A DNA stretch of 64,000 nt from Octopus bimaculoides (GCF_001194135.2 NC_068986.1:37068582-37132581); one strand, 5' to 3'; positions 14,383-26,639 are shown, counted from the stretch's first letter. A program made the numbers and translations. The notes: generated by a model from the sequence alone, not told the origin.

Positions 14383-15561
14383 CACACACACATACACATA
14401 TTTACTTATTTACTTATTTATTTATATATGTGTATAGTTACTGTAACATTAGTGATTGTAATCATACATACATACACAAACTTCATACGGAATCAAATTT
14501 CCCTGCAACCAGAAGTCTTACCCACTTCTTCCCCTACACCACTAAGAGATTATTGTGTAAGTAATCTAACACAAAACATAACAAATACCAAAAACGGGCA
14601 AATCAGAAGCCTTCTATGTATGTAACGTGCATGACATGCAAGATATAACAGTCAAATACTTCTCAACTCACACAACAGTCTTAGATATATAAACAAAACA
14701 TTGAGTATTGTAGACTGTTGGAAAAAAAAAAAAAAATTAATAGGATAATCATAGGTAGTAGCCCTTTGATCATGAGTCTGCTTGATCAGGGCTGACCTGG
14801 GGTTATATAACACCACCAACAAAATAATACATAATAACTAACTGACAAAATAAAAATGGAAATGAGAAGATGAGTGTCAAATATGCGGTAAAAATATCTG
14901 TATATGCTATAAGTCTCAAGCAGAAATTAAGACCTGGTGTTTTAGTACATTTTACGTAGCGTTAATCCAATGAGATAGATTTCCTTTTGCAGTTGGATGG
15001 CAATTGATTTACTTCACGTAACCTTCTCAAGGTTTCTGTTACATATAAGCAACAAATTTTTAAATTGAGGCATATAGAATTTAGTATTTATAACCAAATA
15101 TATATTGAAGTAATTCTGGCAGGTTTGAAGTTAAGGTGGATTAATTCATAGTCAATCCAGGCCCCATATACACTCAATTATTTCACTTTACTAATTATAA
15201 CAAAAAAGTTCACCTGAGTATATGTATATATATACATATATATATATATATATANNNNNNNNNNNNNNNNNNNNNNNNNNNNNNNNNNNNNNNNNNNNNN
15301 NNNNNNNNNNNNNNNNNNNNNNNNNNNNNNNNNNNNNNNNNNNNNNNNNNNNNNNNNNNNNNNNNNNNNNNNNNNNNNNNNNNNNNNNNNNNNNNNNNNN
15401 NNNNNNNNNNNNNNNNNNNNNNNNNNNNNNNNNNNNNNNNNNNNNNNNNNNNNNNNNNNNNNNNNNNNNNNNNNNNNNNNNNNNNNNNNNNNNNNNNNNN
15501 NNNNNNNNNNNNNNNNNNNNCCGCAGATCATGCCCATTCATCTCCTCATATACACTCATGT

Positions 15562-15602
<41 letters not shown>

Positions 15603-15870
15603 CAGTGATTTATACAGAACTGCTAAATATACAACACAGCAAGAATGCACCTGCATGTAACTAAGTGCACACATCATCAATATTAACAACAGCAACAATA
15701 AAAACAAAACATAACTTGGCATACATACATAGATGTTGCCCTCCACCCCTTCAAAAACAAAAAACAAAAAAATCCTATAAACCCCCTGAAGTGGTGGTAA
15801 CTGTCTGAAGTTATTAAGCAACATATTATTAACCTCATTCTTCTTTATGCCCCCAAATAGTCCAAGTTCA

Positions 15871-15913
<43 letters not shown>

Positions 15914-16450
15914 CTCTCTCTCTCTCCTCTCTCTCTCTCTCTGTCTCTCTCTCACTCTCTCTCTACCACTCTTTCTCTAATGATGATTGAAGGTGCTGTA
16001 TAAACAATGTAGTGTGAGTAATTCCAGGCCTTGGTTTTTAAGTAATCTCTAATGATCTGTTGAAGTTGGTGGAACTAAACCATCTTCCCACCTTGCCTAC
16101 CTCCACATAAGCCACGAGCTGCTGAGGGAGCCTCTACATAGACAGTAGACCAGCTCAAAATAGCAGCCACATCTCCCTCAAACTACATGCTACCATACAA
16201 AAGGGAGCTTTCACATGACAGGTTAGCCTATTTGAAATAACAGCTAAACATCTCTCAACCAACTGCTATCCTTTTATCCAAAATAAATATGGGAAGAAGT
16301 CTAGGAAGATGGGGTGGTCATGGCTGGAATGCTTTGATTATAGGAGTTAGTTCAATAAGGGTTAATTTGGAGCTAAACAAGACCAATAATGACAAACCAC
16401 TAACATCCATGATATTGCTGACATCACCAAAATTCTCACCATTATTCTAC

Positions 16451-16578
16451 CAGCTGTAGAAACTCTGCCAAATCAGATTGGAGCCTGGTGTAGCCATCTG
16501 GTTCACCAGTCCTCAGTCAAATTGTCCAACCCATGCTAGCATGGAAAGTGGACATTAAACGATGATGATGATGATGAT
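16451..16578 (+). mobile_element. RTE-type LINE 3' terminal fragment
   Basis: CAGCTGTAGAAACTCTGCCAAATCAGATTGGAGCCTGG...CCAACCCATGCTAGCATGGAAAGTGGACATTAAACGATGATG is nearly identical to 21327-21449. Confidence 0.8.
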
Positions 16579-17595
16579 ATATATATACACAACACATACA
16601 CACACATATACGTTTGTGTATAGGAGGAGACACTTGGAACAGAGAGCTGCTGAAGAGGCCACAGGATGTGTGATGAAAGATTTTCAGACAAAGGACATAA
16701 AATAAGAACAATGATAAAGCTGAAGTGAAGGATGAATATATAGTGCACATGTTTATTTGGCAAGGAAAAAAATGACCAACCTGACATATAACAATATCTA
16801 TATATACACACACACACACAAATACACTACCTTTATGATTGTATACATATCCACATGCAATTACTTAAATATATGCACATATTGCACATATACTCACACA
16901 CACACATGAAAATACATACATAAATATGCACAGATGTACACATACATTTATCAAGAAACATGCCCTTAACATAGCAAGCAGCTGCTTAAAACAGTAAAAG
17001 AGATTGATGATTAGAAAACATGAATGGTGGAAAAGAAAGGAGAATGGATGAAGTAAAAATTTAAAAAAAGATAGAAAATAAGAAATAATTTAAAGTAAGA
17101 ATAAAATATGAAATAGTTTGATACAAAAGAATCAGCAAAAGAATATGAATTTTAAACTAATCAGAATTAAAAGTTTTTTACTACATGAATGTGTTTTTTT
17201 AATTTTATTTTGCATTAATTCTTATGCTATGTATTTTGGTAGATGTTCTCAATTTGTTTGAAAATAATATCTTGTCTATATTAGAACAAGTAAGTGTGCT
17301 TGTGTGCATGTATTTATTTATTTTATAATCAGAACTAGTAAGCAATAGAGTCATGAGTTTCAGGTTTTCAACAAACCACCCACTACTTCACTGCATTTCT
17401 TTTGGCAAAAGTGACAAGGGAGTGTCAGCAACTAACTGCAGAAAAAATATCACAAAGGACTTCATTTTAAAATGTTTTTTTAAATTATTTTTTGGCTTTA
17501 GTTGATGTTTATATCTTTCAACAATATATATTGATGAAAAATATAAATATACATACATGCAAACACATAAAAACATTAAAAAAAAATGAAGGTGT

Positions 17596-17990
17596 AGGAG
17601 TGGCTGTGTGGTAAGTAGCTTGCTTACCAACCACATGGTTCTGGGTTCAGTCCCACTGCATGGCACTTTGGGCAAGTGTCTTCTACTATAGCCTCGGGCC
17701 AACCAAAGCCTTGTGAGTGGATTTGGTAGACGGAAACTGAAAGAAGCCCGTCGTATATATGTATATATGTATGTATGTGTGTGTGTTTGTGTGTCTGTGT
17801 TTGTCCCCCCAACATCGCTTGACAACCGATGCTGGTGAGTTTACGTAACTTAGTGGTTCGGCAAAAGAGACTGATAGAACAAGTACTAGGCTTACAAAGA
17901 ATAAGTCCTGGGGTCGATTTGCTCGACTAAAGGCGGTGCTGCAGCATGGCTGCAGTCAAATGACTGAAACAAATAAAAGAGTAAAAGAGT
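17596..17990 (+). mobile_element. tRNA-headed SINE, family A (full length, young)
   Basis: AGGAGTGGCTGTGTGGTAAG (A-box-like)...GGGTTCAGTCCC (B-box-like), an internal microsatellite, and tail ACTGAAACAAATAAAAGAGTAAAAGAG. A highly similar inverted copy lies at 48331-48727. Confidence 0.88.
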
Positions 17991-17992
17991 AC

Positions 17993-18240
17993 ATGACCAA
18001 GTGGTTAGAGTGTTTCACTCACAATTACAAGATCATGGTTTCAATTCCTTACTGGGTGGTGCATTGTGTTCTCGAATAAAACATTCCATCTCATGTTGCT
18101 TTGTGAGGACTTCAACAAATGACATGAAGCACAAGCAACTTGTTAGAAGGAGTGAGCTAATGTACAGTACAAACGTTTGATCACTTTGAATAAATTGCCT
18201 GTGCAGGTTATTCAGCAAGAAATTAGGGAACCCTCATCTG
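17993..18240 (+). mobile_element. tRNA-headed SINE, family J
   Basis: Head ACATGACCAAGTGGTTAGAGTG...GGTTTCAATTCC. The body is homologous to the inverted copy at 28395-28645 and to 10003-10110. Confidence 0.65.
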
Positions 18241-18838
18241 CCATTACATGCAAACACATTGACACCATATACACACATATAACAAACTTCCACACAGTTT
18301 ATATCAACCAGGTTTCGCTCAGAAAGTATTTCTCGACTCAAGGTTATGGTAAGTATTCAGAGCACCACAATGATAATCAAACCAAAAACTATGCAACTGC
18401 AAAGCAAGCTTCTTTACTCCATAGCAATGTTTGCACTCGTGTGTTTGTGGGAGCATATTATTTTTTCAGATGCATCTATGAATATATTTGCACATGTTTG
18501 CATATGAAAACGAACATCTGGTAATCTTTATGCAATTGTCAATGCACATTTGTATTTGGATATGCAGGTATGAATGAATATGTGAAATCTATGTGTGCAC
18601 ATGCATACAAGCATGTCTAGGTATTTGTTTCATACGAAATTCTCATCATTTCTTTCCCAGAATGTATTCCGTGTGTAAGGTCAGTCATCTAACCAGTTAC
18701 TATGCTTAACACATGCAAGCATGAGTATATACATATATACACATTCACAAATGCACACACACACACACACACACACACCACCACCACCACCACCACCACC
18801 ACCACTTATATACTATTTAGAATATAGTTTTTAAAGCA

Positions 18839-19008
18839 ATGGGAGTCACTTTGTGGGCCTTCAATCCTTCAGTCTGCTAGAAATAGCAACCAAATCTCCT
18901 TTGAAAATACAACCTGAGTCTTAACTCTCACTGCACTGATACAGATTTTAGCTGGTGACATCAAGTTCTTGCAACGCTTCTAGCTGTTGTCCAATGAAAA
19001 TAAAATAT
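18839..19008 (+). repeat. Local direct duplication, copy 1 (copy 2 at 20659-20828)
   Basis: About 165 bp starting ATGGGAGTCACTTTGT is repeated 1.82 kb downstream with roughly ten substitutions and no indels. Confidence 0.9.
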
Positions 19009-19016
19009 GTGCACTA

Positions 19017-19137
19017 CATCATCATCATCATCATCATCGTTTAAAGTCTGCTTTCCATGCTAGCATGGGTTGGACGATTTGACTGCGGACTGGTGAACCA
19101 GATGGCTACACCAGGCTCCAATCTGATTTGGCAGAGT
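19017..19137 (-). mobile_element. RTE-type LINE 3' terminal fragment (inverted)
   Basis: (CAT)n CGTTTAAAGTCTGCTTTCCATGCTAGCATGGGTTGG... is the reverse complement of the terminus at 21335-21449. Confidence 0.85.
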
Positions 19138-19626
19138 GGAGAAATCTAAAAAGTATCCCATATAAAAAAATGAGTTAACTTAGTTTCTGTGTCTTAAGCA
19201 TAGAAACTGAGTGGATTCAGTTTCTGCACAGTAAGGGTTAAACAAAAAAAAAACCCATACCTAATGTAGTCCAAGGTACATTGTTGCGGTGGGGGAGGGG
19301 GTGAAAAAAAGATAGTAAGGTCATGATTAAAGTGTCCTTTGATCCCAAGTCAACTCAATCAAAGACAATTTGGGGCACAAAAACAACATACACCTTGATT
19401 CAAATTTGTTATTCTCTCTATTCTCATTTTCCCCTATTCTCTCTCTCTTTCTCTCACATCATGCTTACCCACTCCTCCCCATAAATCACCCCCTCCCTTG
19501 ATCAAAATGATGCAAATATATTTTCTTCCTTTCTTTCTTGTTTTCTGCCTCCCTTTTTAATCTTCCTGCCATCTTTTCACTCCTTCCATCATCTTTTCTT
19601 TTTTCTATCTTTTTCACTTTACTTCC

Positions 19627-19676
<50 letters not shown>

Positions 19677-20267
19677 NNNNNNNNNNTTCTCTTTATATAT
19701 TCCTACAATTCATTCATTTTATCTTTTATTTACTCTACATTCATTTGCTGCTTATTTTTCTGTCTTTTTCTCCACACACTTTTTTCCACACACACTCCCA
19801 CCACTGCTCCCCCTCTCTTTCTCAATCAAACACATTACTTATCCCCCTCCTCCTATCACACTAACTCTCTATTGTCCTCCATCACCTGTCTACATTCAGA
19901 AATTTTGATTTCATTTTCTTCCTTTTCCTATTGTTTTCTTATTTGAAATTCTTCCTGATCTTCAGCACCACAACTTAACATCTCTAATAGCAGATTCCTT
20001 TACAATGTTCTAACCCACAAATTGATCTTTTTCGACCCATTTCAATTCTTTGCACTTCATCACACTCTCAGATGTTATTATTTATTTTTGCAATTATCAT
20101 TGTGATTATTTGTTTAGTGTTCTTTCATGTTTATTTGAAAGAACATAGGGAGGTGTATATACATACTCATATATATATATATATATAAGTATAAATATAT
20201 GTATATATATATATATATATATACACATATATACATACACACATACATATATACATGNNNNNNNNNN

Positions 20268-20400
20268 TATTCTTTCTGTTGAAGAGCGTAGCTCGAAACG
20301 TCAAAGACTTTCCGTATTCCCGAGCGTCATACTAATATATACTTTTGTTATTTACACCACCTGTCCTCGTCTGTTGTTATTATTTGTATATTCTCCCATA
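20268..20400 (+). mobile_element. Probable Penelope-like element terminal-repeat fragment carrying a hammerhead motif
   Basis: A non-repetitive island between (AT/CA)n tracts begins, right after a 10-N gap, with TCTTT-CTGTTGA-A-GAGC-GTA-GCTC-GAAACGTC-AAAGA. Minimal hammerheads of this form are the established signature of Penelope-like element repeats. No RT or GIY-YIG coding remnant is seen. Confidence 0.6.
20271..20307 (+). ncRNA. Minimal type I hammerhead ribozyme motif, variant core (CUGUUGA), GUC cleavage triplet
   Basis: Stem I TCTTT 20271-75 / AAAGA 20303-07; core CTGTTGA 20276-82 plus an extra A; stem II GAGC/GCTC with loop GTA; GAAA 20295-98; palindromic ACGT stem III; predicted cut after C20302. 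Confidence 0.65.
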
Positions 20401-20454
20401 TATATATATATATGTATATATATATGTGTGTATGTATGTATATATGTATATATA

Positions 20455-20490
<36 letters not shown>

Positions 20491-20658
20491 CACATATATA
20501 CATACACACATACATATATACATGTATATACATACACACACACATATGCATAAATATATATATGCAAACATATACATACGTATGTATGTATATGTTTGCA
20601 TATGTATGCAAACATGTATATGTATATGTATGCAAATATATACATATACATATATGTA

Positions 20659-20828
20659 TATGGGAGTCACTTTGTAGGCCTTCAATCCTTCAGCCTGCTA
20701 GAAATAGCAACCAAATCTCCTTTGAAAATACAACCTGAATCTTAACCCTCACTGCACTGATACAGATTTTAGCTGGTGACGTCAAGTTGTTGAAACACTT
20801 CTATCTGTTGTCCAATGAAAATATATTT
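20659..20828 (+). repeat. Local direct duplication, copy 2
   Basis: Colinear with 18839-19008. Confidence 0.9.
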
Positions 20829-20846
20829 TGTAGATATTTATATTAC

Positions 20847-20892
<46 letters not shown>

Positions 20893-21002
20893 TTGTGCGT
20901 ATGCTTATAGATGTATATATATGTGCGTATGCATATATATACGTATACATATATGTGTATGCATATATACATGTATATATACATGTGTGTGTGTATATAT
21001 AG

Positions 21003-21449
21003 ATAAGACCCGGCAAGCCAAGTAAGATCGTTGCCAGTGCCCCTGGACTGGTTCTTGTGCGGGTNNNNNNNNNNNNNNNNNNNNNNNNNNNNNNNNNNNN
21101 NNNNNNNNNNNNNNNNNNNNNNNNNNNNNNNNNNNNNNNNNNNNNNNNNNNNNNNNNNNNNNNTGGCTCCTGTAGGATTTTCGAGCGAGATCGTTGCCAG
21201 TGCCCCTGGACTGGCTTGTGCGGGTGGCACATAAAAGACACCATTTCGAGCGTGGCCGTTTTCGTGCGGGTGACACGTAAAAGCACCCACTACACTCTCT
21301 GAGTGGTTGGCGTTAGGAAGGGCATCCAGCTGTAGAAACTCTGCCAAATCAGACTGGAGCCTGGTGTTGCCATCCGGTTTCACCAGTCCTCAGTCAAATC
21401 GTCCAACCCATGCTAGCATGGAAAGCGGACGTTAAACGATGATGATGAT
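21003..21449 (+). mobile_element. 5'-truncated RTE-type LINE 3' UTR with internal tandem repeats and (GAT)n tail
   Basis: A GC-rich, CpG-retaining (young) island. GATCGTTGCCAGTGCCCCTGGACTGG occurs either side of the N-gap, and it ends CCAACCCATGCTAGCATGGAAAGCGGACGTTAAACGATGATGAT. The RTE assignment is inferred from the similar terminus after the RTE-like ORF remnant at 38735-39005. Confidence 0.75.
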
Positions 21450-21762
21450 ATACACACACACACATATAATCATAGCTACATATATCTCACATATGGATAT
21501 ATATGTAAACACAGTGATATATACATATAAGCAAGCACAAACACAGAAATGTAAAGGAATTCTTATTAAAATAAATTCCTGAAGCATTCCCAGCCTGCTC
21601 CTCACACCACCCCCCATACCATTTTTCATAATTTCAGACATAACTGGAGTAGGGGACTTTAAATGTTTGTGTATTTTAAGAATAGCAACTTCAATTGAAG
21701 AATTACAACATCTTTCAAGAACTTCAACTTTAATACATACCAACATTTTGCATGTGTATGTA

Positions 21763-22640
21763 CAGGGGATGGACAAAATAATGGAAACACCTTAAAATTT
21801 CAAACAAATTTATTTTAATAAGGGGTAGGACCGCTTCAGCAGTAATTACAGCTTGAATTCTATGAAGTATGGACTCATACAAAGTTTGGTTTGTTTCCAA
21901 AGGAAGTTTTGTCCATTCTTCAGATAAAACAGTCTCCAATTCTTGTAGTGATGATGGTGTAAGATATCCACTCCTTGCTTGATTTTCTAAAATCCTCCAT
22001 AAATGTTCAATAATATTGCGATCTGGGGACTCTGATGGCCAGATAAGATGTTCAACTTCACTAGAATGTTCCTCGTGCCATTCAGTAACAACTTTAGCTG
22101 TGTGAATTGGTGCATTTTCATCCTGAAAGACTACTTTTCCCTCCAGAAACAGTTCTGCAAACATAGGATGAATCTGATCAGATAAAATGCTTAAATAGTC
22201 TCGACTATTAATTCTGCCATGAAGGGAAACCATTGGGCTGGCAGATTTCCAAGATACAGCCCCACTCCAGATCATCACAGATCCTCCTCCATGTTTAACA
22301 GTTGGAAGAAGACAGTCTGGGTCAAATGCTACTTTTGGCTGTCTCCACATGTATACTCAGCCAATGGTCGGAAATGAGGTAAAGGATGACTCATCCGAGA
22401 AAATGACATTCTTCCACTGCTCTAGGGACTAATTCTGTAGGTTTTTACTCCACTCTAAATGCTTTTCAACATTTATTTTTGATAGAAGTGGTTTTCTGAT
22501 TGCAGTCCTCCCGTGAAATCTGGCTTTGTGCAGCTCCTGGCAAACAATTTTTGTGGAAACTGGGTTCTTGAGGTGGTCATGAAGCTCTGCAGTCATTTTG
22601 GGAGCTGTACTCTTGTGATCCTTTCTAACAATTTGCGGAC
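21763..22640 (-). mobile_element. Tc1-family DNA transposon, 5'-truncated, DD36E spacing (Incomer-like)
   Basis: TA at 21761-62 is followed by terminus CAGGGGATGGACAAAATAATGGAAACACC. Transposase homology runs to about 22640 and then breaks off; no second TIR. Confidence 0.9.
21815..22640 (-). pseudogene. Tc1 transposase pseudogene
   Basis: The frame reads ...AIRKPLLSKINVEKHLEWSKNLQN*SLEQWKNVIFSDESSF...G*VYMWRQP...TVKHGGGSVMIW...FQDENAPIH...WPSESPDRNIIEHLW... It has two in-frame stops, a D-to-E change at the second catalytic site, and a 1-bp deletion that hides the GGPTPY* terminus. Confidence 0.92.
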
Positions 22641-23025
22641 AAGTCCGACCAATACCAATACCAATCCCACTACCACATCCGTGGCTGCCACCACCATCGT
22701 TTTTACGTCCACTTGTATATATACATTATGATAATTCAGAGTGAAGAATATATATGCTAAGTGACAGATGGATATATAAACAGAACAAGAAGCAGACTGT
22801 GTTTTTAAATAAACATGTATATCAACATATACAGTTACAAATACATACTTACTTACACGTTATTGCTGATAAACTTCGAGGTCACAGTCAAATGCTCTGC
22901 ATACTTAATGAATTATATAGGAATAATCATTTTTTTTTTTTTTTGTATATAAAAGGAAAGAAGTGAAGGAATGTATTGTTGTGTACGTTTTGAAGGGTGC
23001 AATTATATGTGCACATGTACAAAAC

Positions 23026-23060
<35 letters not shown>

Positions 23061-25329
23061 NNNNNNNNNNNNNNNNNNNNNNNNNNNNNNNNNNNNNNNN
23101 NNNNNNNNNNNNNNNNNNNNNNNNNNNNNNNNNNNTATAAGAGCTTAGCTAAGTTAGAGGTTAAAATAACTGTCTAAGGGATAGAAGTATCCAGTATATT
23201 ACCTATGTTTAACCATTGGCATACATATGCAAGCATATTATGCTCATGAATTTTAAATAAAAACAAGGATAAAGATGAGTTTATCAAGAATCAAAATTTG
23301 ATGAAGACAGAAAATGGAGATCATATATGTGTGTGGGTGTGTGTGTGTGTGTATACATCATGTATATACAGTGTGTTTGTGTGTGTGTATAGCTTGATGC
23401 TACCATCCTGGTTTCTCTTTAAAGTTAATTAAAGTTGAAGTGTATTTCACAGAGTGAAATAGGTAAGAACATGGGCATAACAGGTATCAGCAGATGTATA
23501 CAGGAGAAATGATTACATTGGTTTAGACAGGTAATATGAAGAAGAGATGATGTATTCTTAAGATAATAGTGATGTGGATTATATGATGATATAGTGGAAG
23601 TACTTTAATAGTGATGTATATAGCAAGTTAGATTCAAGTTTGGTAATTTTGGATGAAGTGATTCTACACGTAGAAGTGAATGCTGTATTTTAGAAACAGG
23701 CAACTCATGCCAACATGCTTAGAGAAATTGATGTAGATGTTTATCATAATGGAGTGGCAACAATGGTGAAACTGGTGAGAATGATAATGGTAATGATAGT
23801 GATGATGACAACAATGATGATGAGGTTCATGATCATCAATGTCATCACAGCAAAATGATAAGTGTAATAAGGTAATGAAGAGGGGAAATAATGAGAATGG
23901 TAACAGAAATGACTGTAATGGAGGTAACACTAATGGTGATGATGGCAATGAAGATGATGATGTTAGTTATGATGGCGGTGGAGATTTTGGTGGGAGTGGT
24001 GATGATGAAAATGATAATGTGATGATGATAATTAAAATGATAATGTTTACGATCATGATGATAATGAATGTGATACTGGTGATATTAATGATTGACGCTG
24101 AGAGTGATAACGTGGTTTTAGTAAAAAAACAAAATAAAAATGAGATATGATATATGGGTGTGTTCCACTATGGCCTCAGGCTGACTGAAGCCTTGTGGTT
24201 GAATTTGGTATGCAGAAGTTCCCATTGTGTATAGATGTGTTTATGTGAAAGTGTTTGTGCTCCCCTTGATAAATAGGAGGGAAAACATTACCTCACTTGA
24301 AAACAGGTGGGGGTTGGCATCAGGAAGGTCATCCAACCATAGAAAACCTACCAGACGAATAGTGCTGTAGATATGCTGAGAAGGTAGGATAAAAATAAAC
24401 CTCCAAAATGTGAAATAACTATAAATTCCTGATTAGATATGAAAGATAGTGAATGTGCTTGTAGTAAAAAAATGAAAGTTTATAATGAAAGGGACGATAA
24501 TCAAGTGCCACCTATTTATCAAATGTTAATAGAATAATTCTCAAAGAAACAATTTTATTGGACAAAACTGTTTCCTAAGAACATCCATAACATAACCCAA
24601 TGAAGGAAGCCTCCATGCAGTTATTCATCCAACTTGGAGTAGCAAGCACACTTCAAGTGTGGCCTGCAGCTTAATAAAATACATTGGATAATATAAGTGA
24701 AATGATCAAGATTGCTACATTTTTTTTTTATTATAGGTCTTGGCTAAAATGAAGATAATCAGGGATTAAACAACATAAGGAGTATTTTATGTAAACAGTG
24801 ACAAACACACACAAATTTAAATGCCATTCTGGATGAAGCCTAGAAGAAGCAGTCAGTTACTTTGTATTTCTTCACCAATAAATTGCATAGAAACAAACAT
24901 CTGCAGCTATTTTTTCAACACCAATATTTCAACATTGGTACTGTTGCTCAAGGCAGTATTATCAGTACAGACTAAACAGTAGTTAAGCTGTTTGATAACC
25001 TAGTTTCCAAGTTAAAATTCTTCAAGAATTTATTTCTATGCCATTAACAACATAAAATCCTGTCATTTGTGTAACATCCACTTTTCCATATTTGCATGGA
25101 TCAAACAGAATTCTTTGAAGCAGATTTTCCATGATCAGATTCCCTTCTTGTTACCAACTCTCACTTGGTTCCAAACCAGGTAATTATATTCCTCGGTGGC
25201 TAAATGTGTCTTTCATAGAAGATTGGAAACAATCAACATTTATTTGCAACTGTCATATAATGTCAAGACAAGAGGACATGCACACACACATGCACACACA
25301 CACACACACACACAAACACACATTTTTCA

Positions 25330-25548
25330 TCCTTTAGTATTTAAACCGGCCATATCCGGCCAAAATATTTAATCTGTTTTATGTTCAAACTGACCAGATC
25401 CAGGCTCTCACACCTACCCTACAATGTTATTCTACATTAAGTAATTACACCATCAAGATCTTGAAGATGAGATAATGCATGATTAATTCAAATCAATGTG
25501 AATCAATAAGCATGTTATGTTTTATAGAATAATCTGAACTCTAAAAGG
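25330..25548. mobile_element. piggyBac-like MITE (degenerate copy, about 220 bp)
   Basis: Starts (T)CCTTTAGTAT and ends CTCTAAAAGG followed by TTAA; internally homologous to 47850-48013. Confidence 0.6.
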
Positions 25549-26530
25549 TTAAAACAAAATATATTAACAATCTTTAAGAATCTTAAAATTTTAATAATAA
25601 GCAGATTTTTATATNNNNNNNNNNNNNNNNNNNNNNNNNNNNNNNNNNNNNNNNNNNNNNNNNNNNNNNNTATATATATATATATATATATCAATGCTAA
25701 CACTTTTCTAGCTACAATGCCTTAAAACTGTTACTGTTTTTTTTTGGGGGGGGGGGTAACTAAAACAGTATATAGCTGAAAAGCAAAACATAAAACATGC
25801 AAGATAAGATATTATTCTCTCATAAACTTAATTTTCTCAAACAGAGTAAATGATAGGAATTTTTCCAGCTATATAAACTATACAACAAGTAGATTGCAGT
25901 GAGATATGAACTGAAAACACTTTGCATCCAGTATGCCTGGTATTTAAAGCATAATAAAACCTTTTGTACAAACACCATACCTCCTCACAACATAGCAAAA
26001 ATAATTGGAAGATTGGATTTTGGAAAAGGAATCAGTAGGAAGATAGCAGAGAAAATCTATGACAAGACATAGAATCATCATCATCATCCTCATCATTATT
26101 TTAGTAATTCTGTGGGAAGCTTGGCACTAATGGTATACAGATTGTTATTTCTATCAACAAGATTGAAAGATGTCATTCTGTCAGCAACAATTTGAAATGG
26201 GTGGCATATCCAGAAAGAATGAGATGACACCTTCAGCAGGGAAATGATAATAGAGTAGGTAAACAAAACAGAAATTTCATAATTAATGATGAAGTCTTTA
26301 GAGAAATTGTGAAGAAGAAACATGTAATGGCATTTAAACCATTACACCAACACAACAGGTGGAAAAGTAAAATTAATTTCTTTCAAAAAAAAAATTTTTT
26401 TTTCTTTTATTAATCACCAAAAGAATAATTAATTGAGCTAATATATTCAATCAACCTCAGTATGTTTACTAGTGATTACTTTTAGCAGAAACAGATAACC
26501 TTCATGATATTTGAACTTGAAACAGTGAAA

Positions 26531-26639
26531 CACTATGCGTTGAAAATGCTGCTTCTTATCCAATCAATGGAGATTAGCTATACCAAACCTAGTTAGTACT
26601 TAGATGGGTGGTCACTTGAGAAACTTAGGTGTTGTAAGC
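26531..26639 (+). pseudogene. Decayed 5S rRNA pseudogene (or 5S-derived SINE head)
   Basis: Aligns without gaps over about 109 nt to the metazoan 5S rRNA sequence as I recall it (roughly 60-65% identity, mostly transitions). Includes CGTTGAAA, the internal-promoter block GTTAGTACTTAGATGGGTG (26592-26610; consensus GTTAGTACTTGGATGGG) and GGTGTTGTA at the 3' end. Confidence 0.8.
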
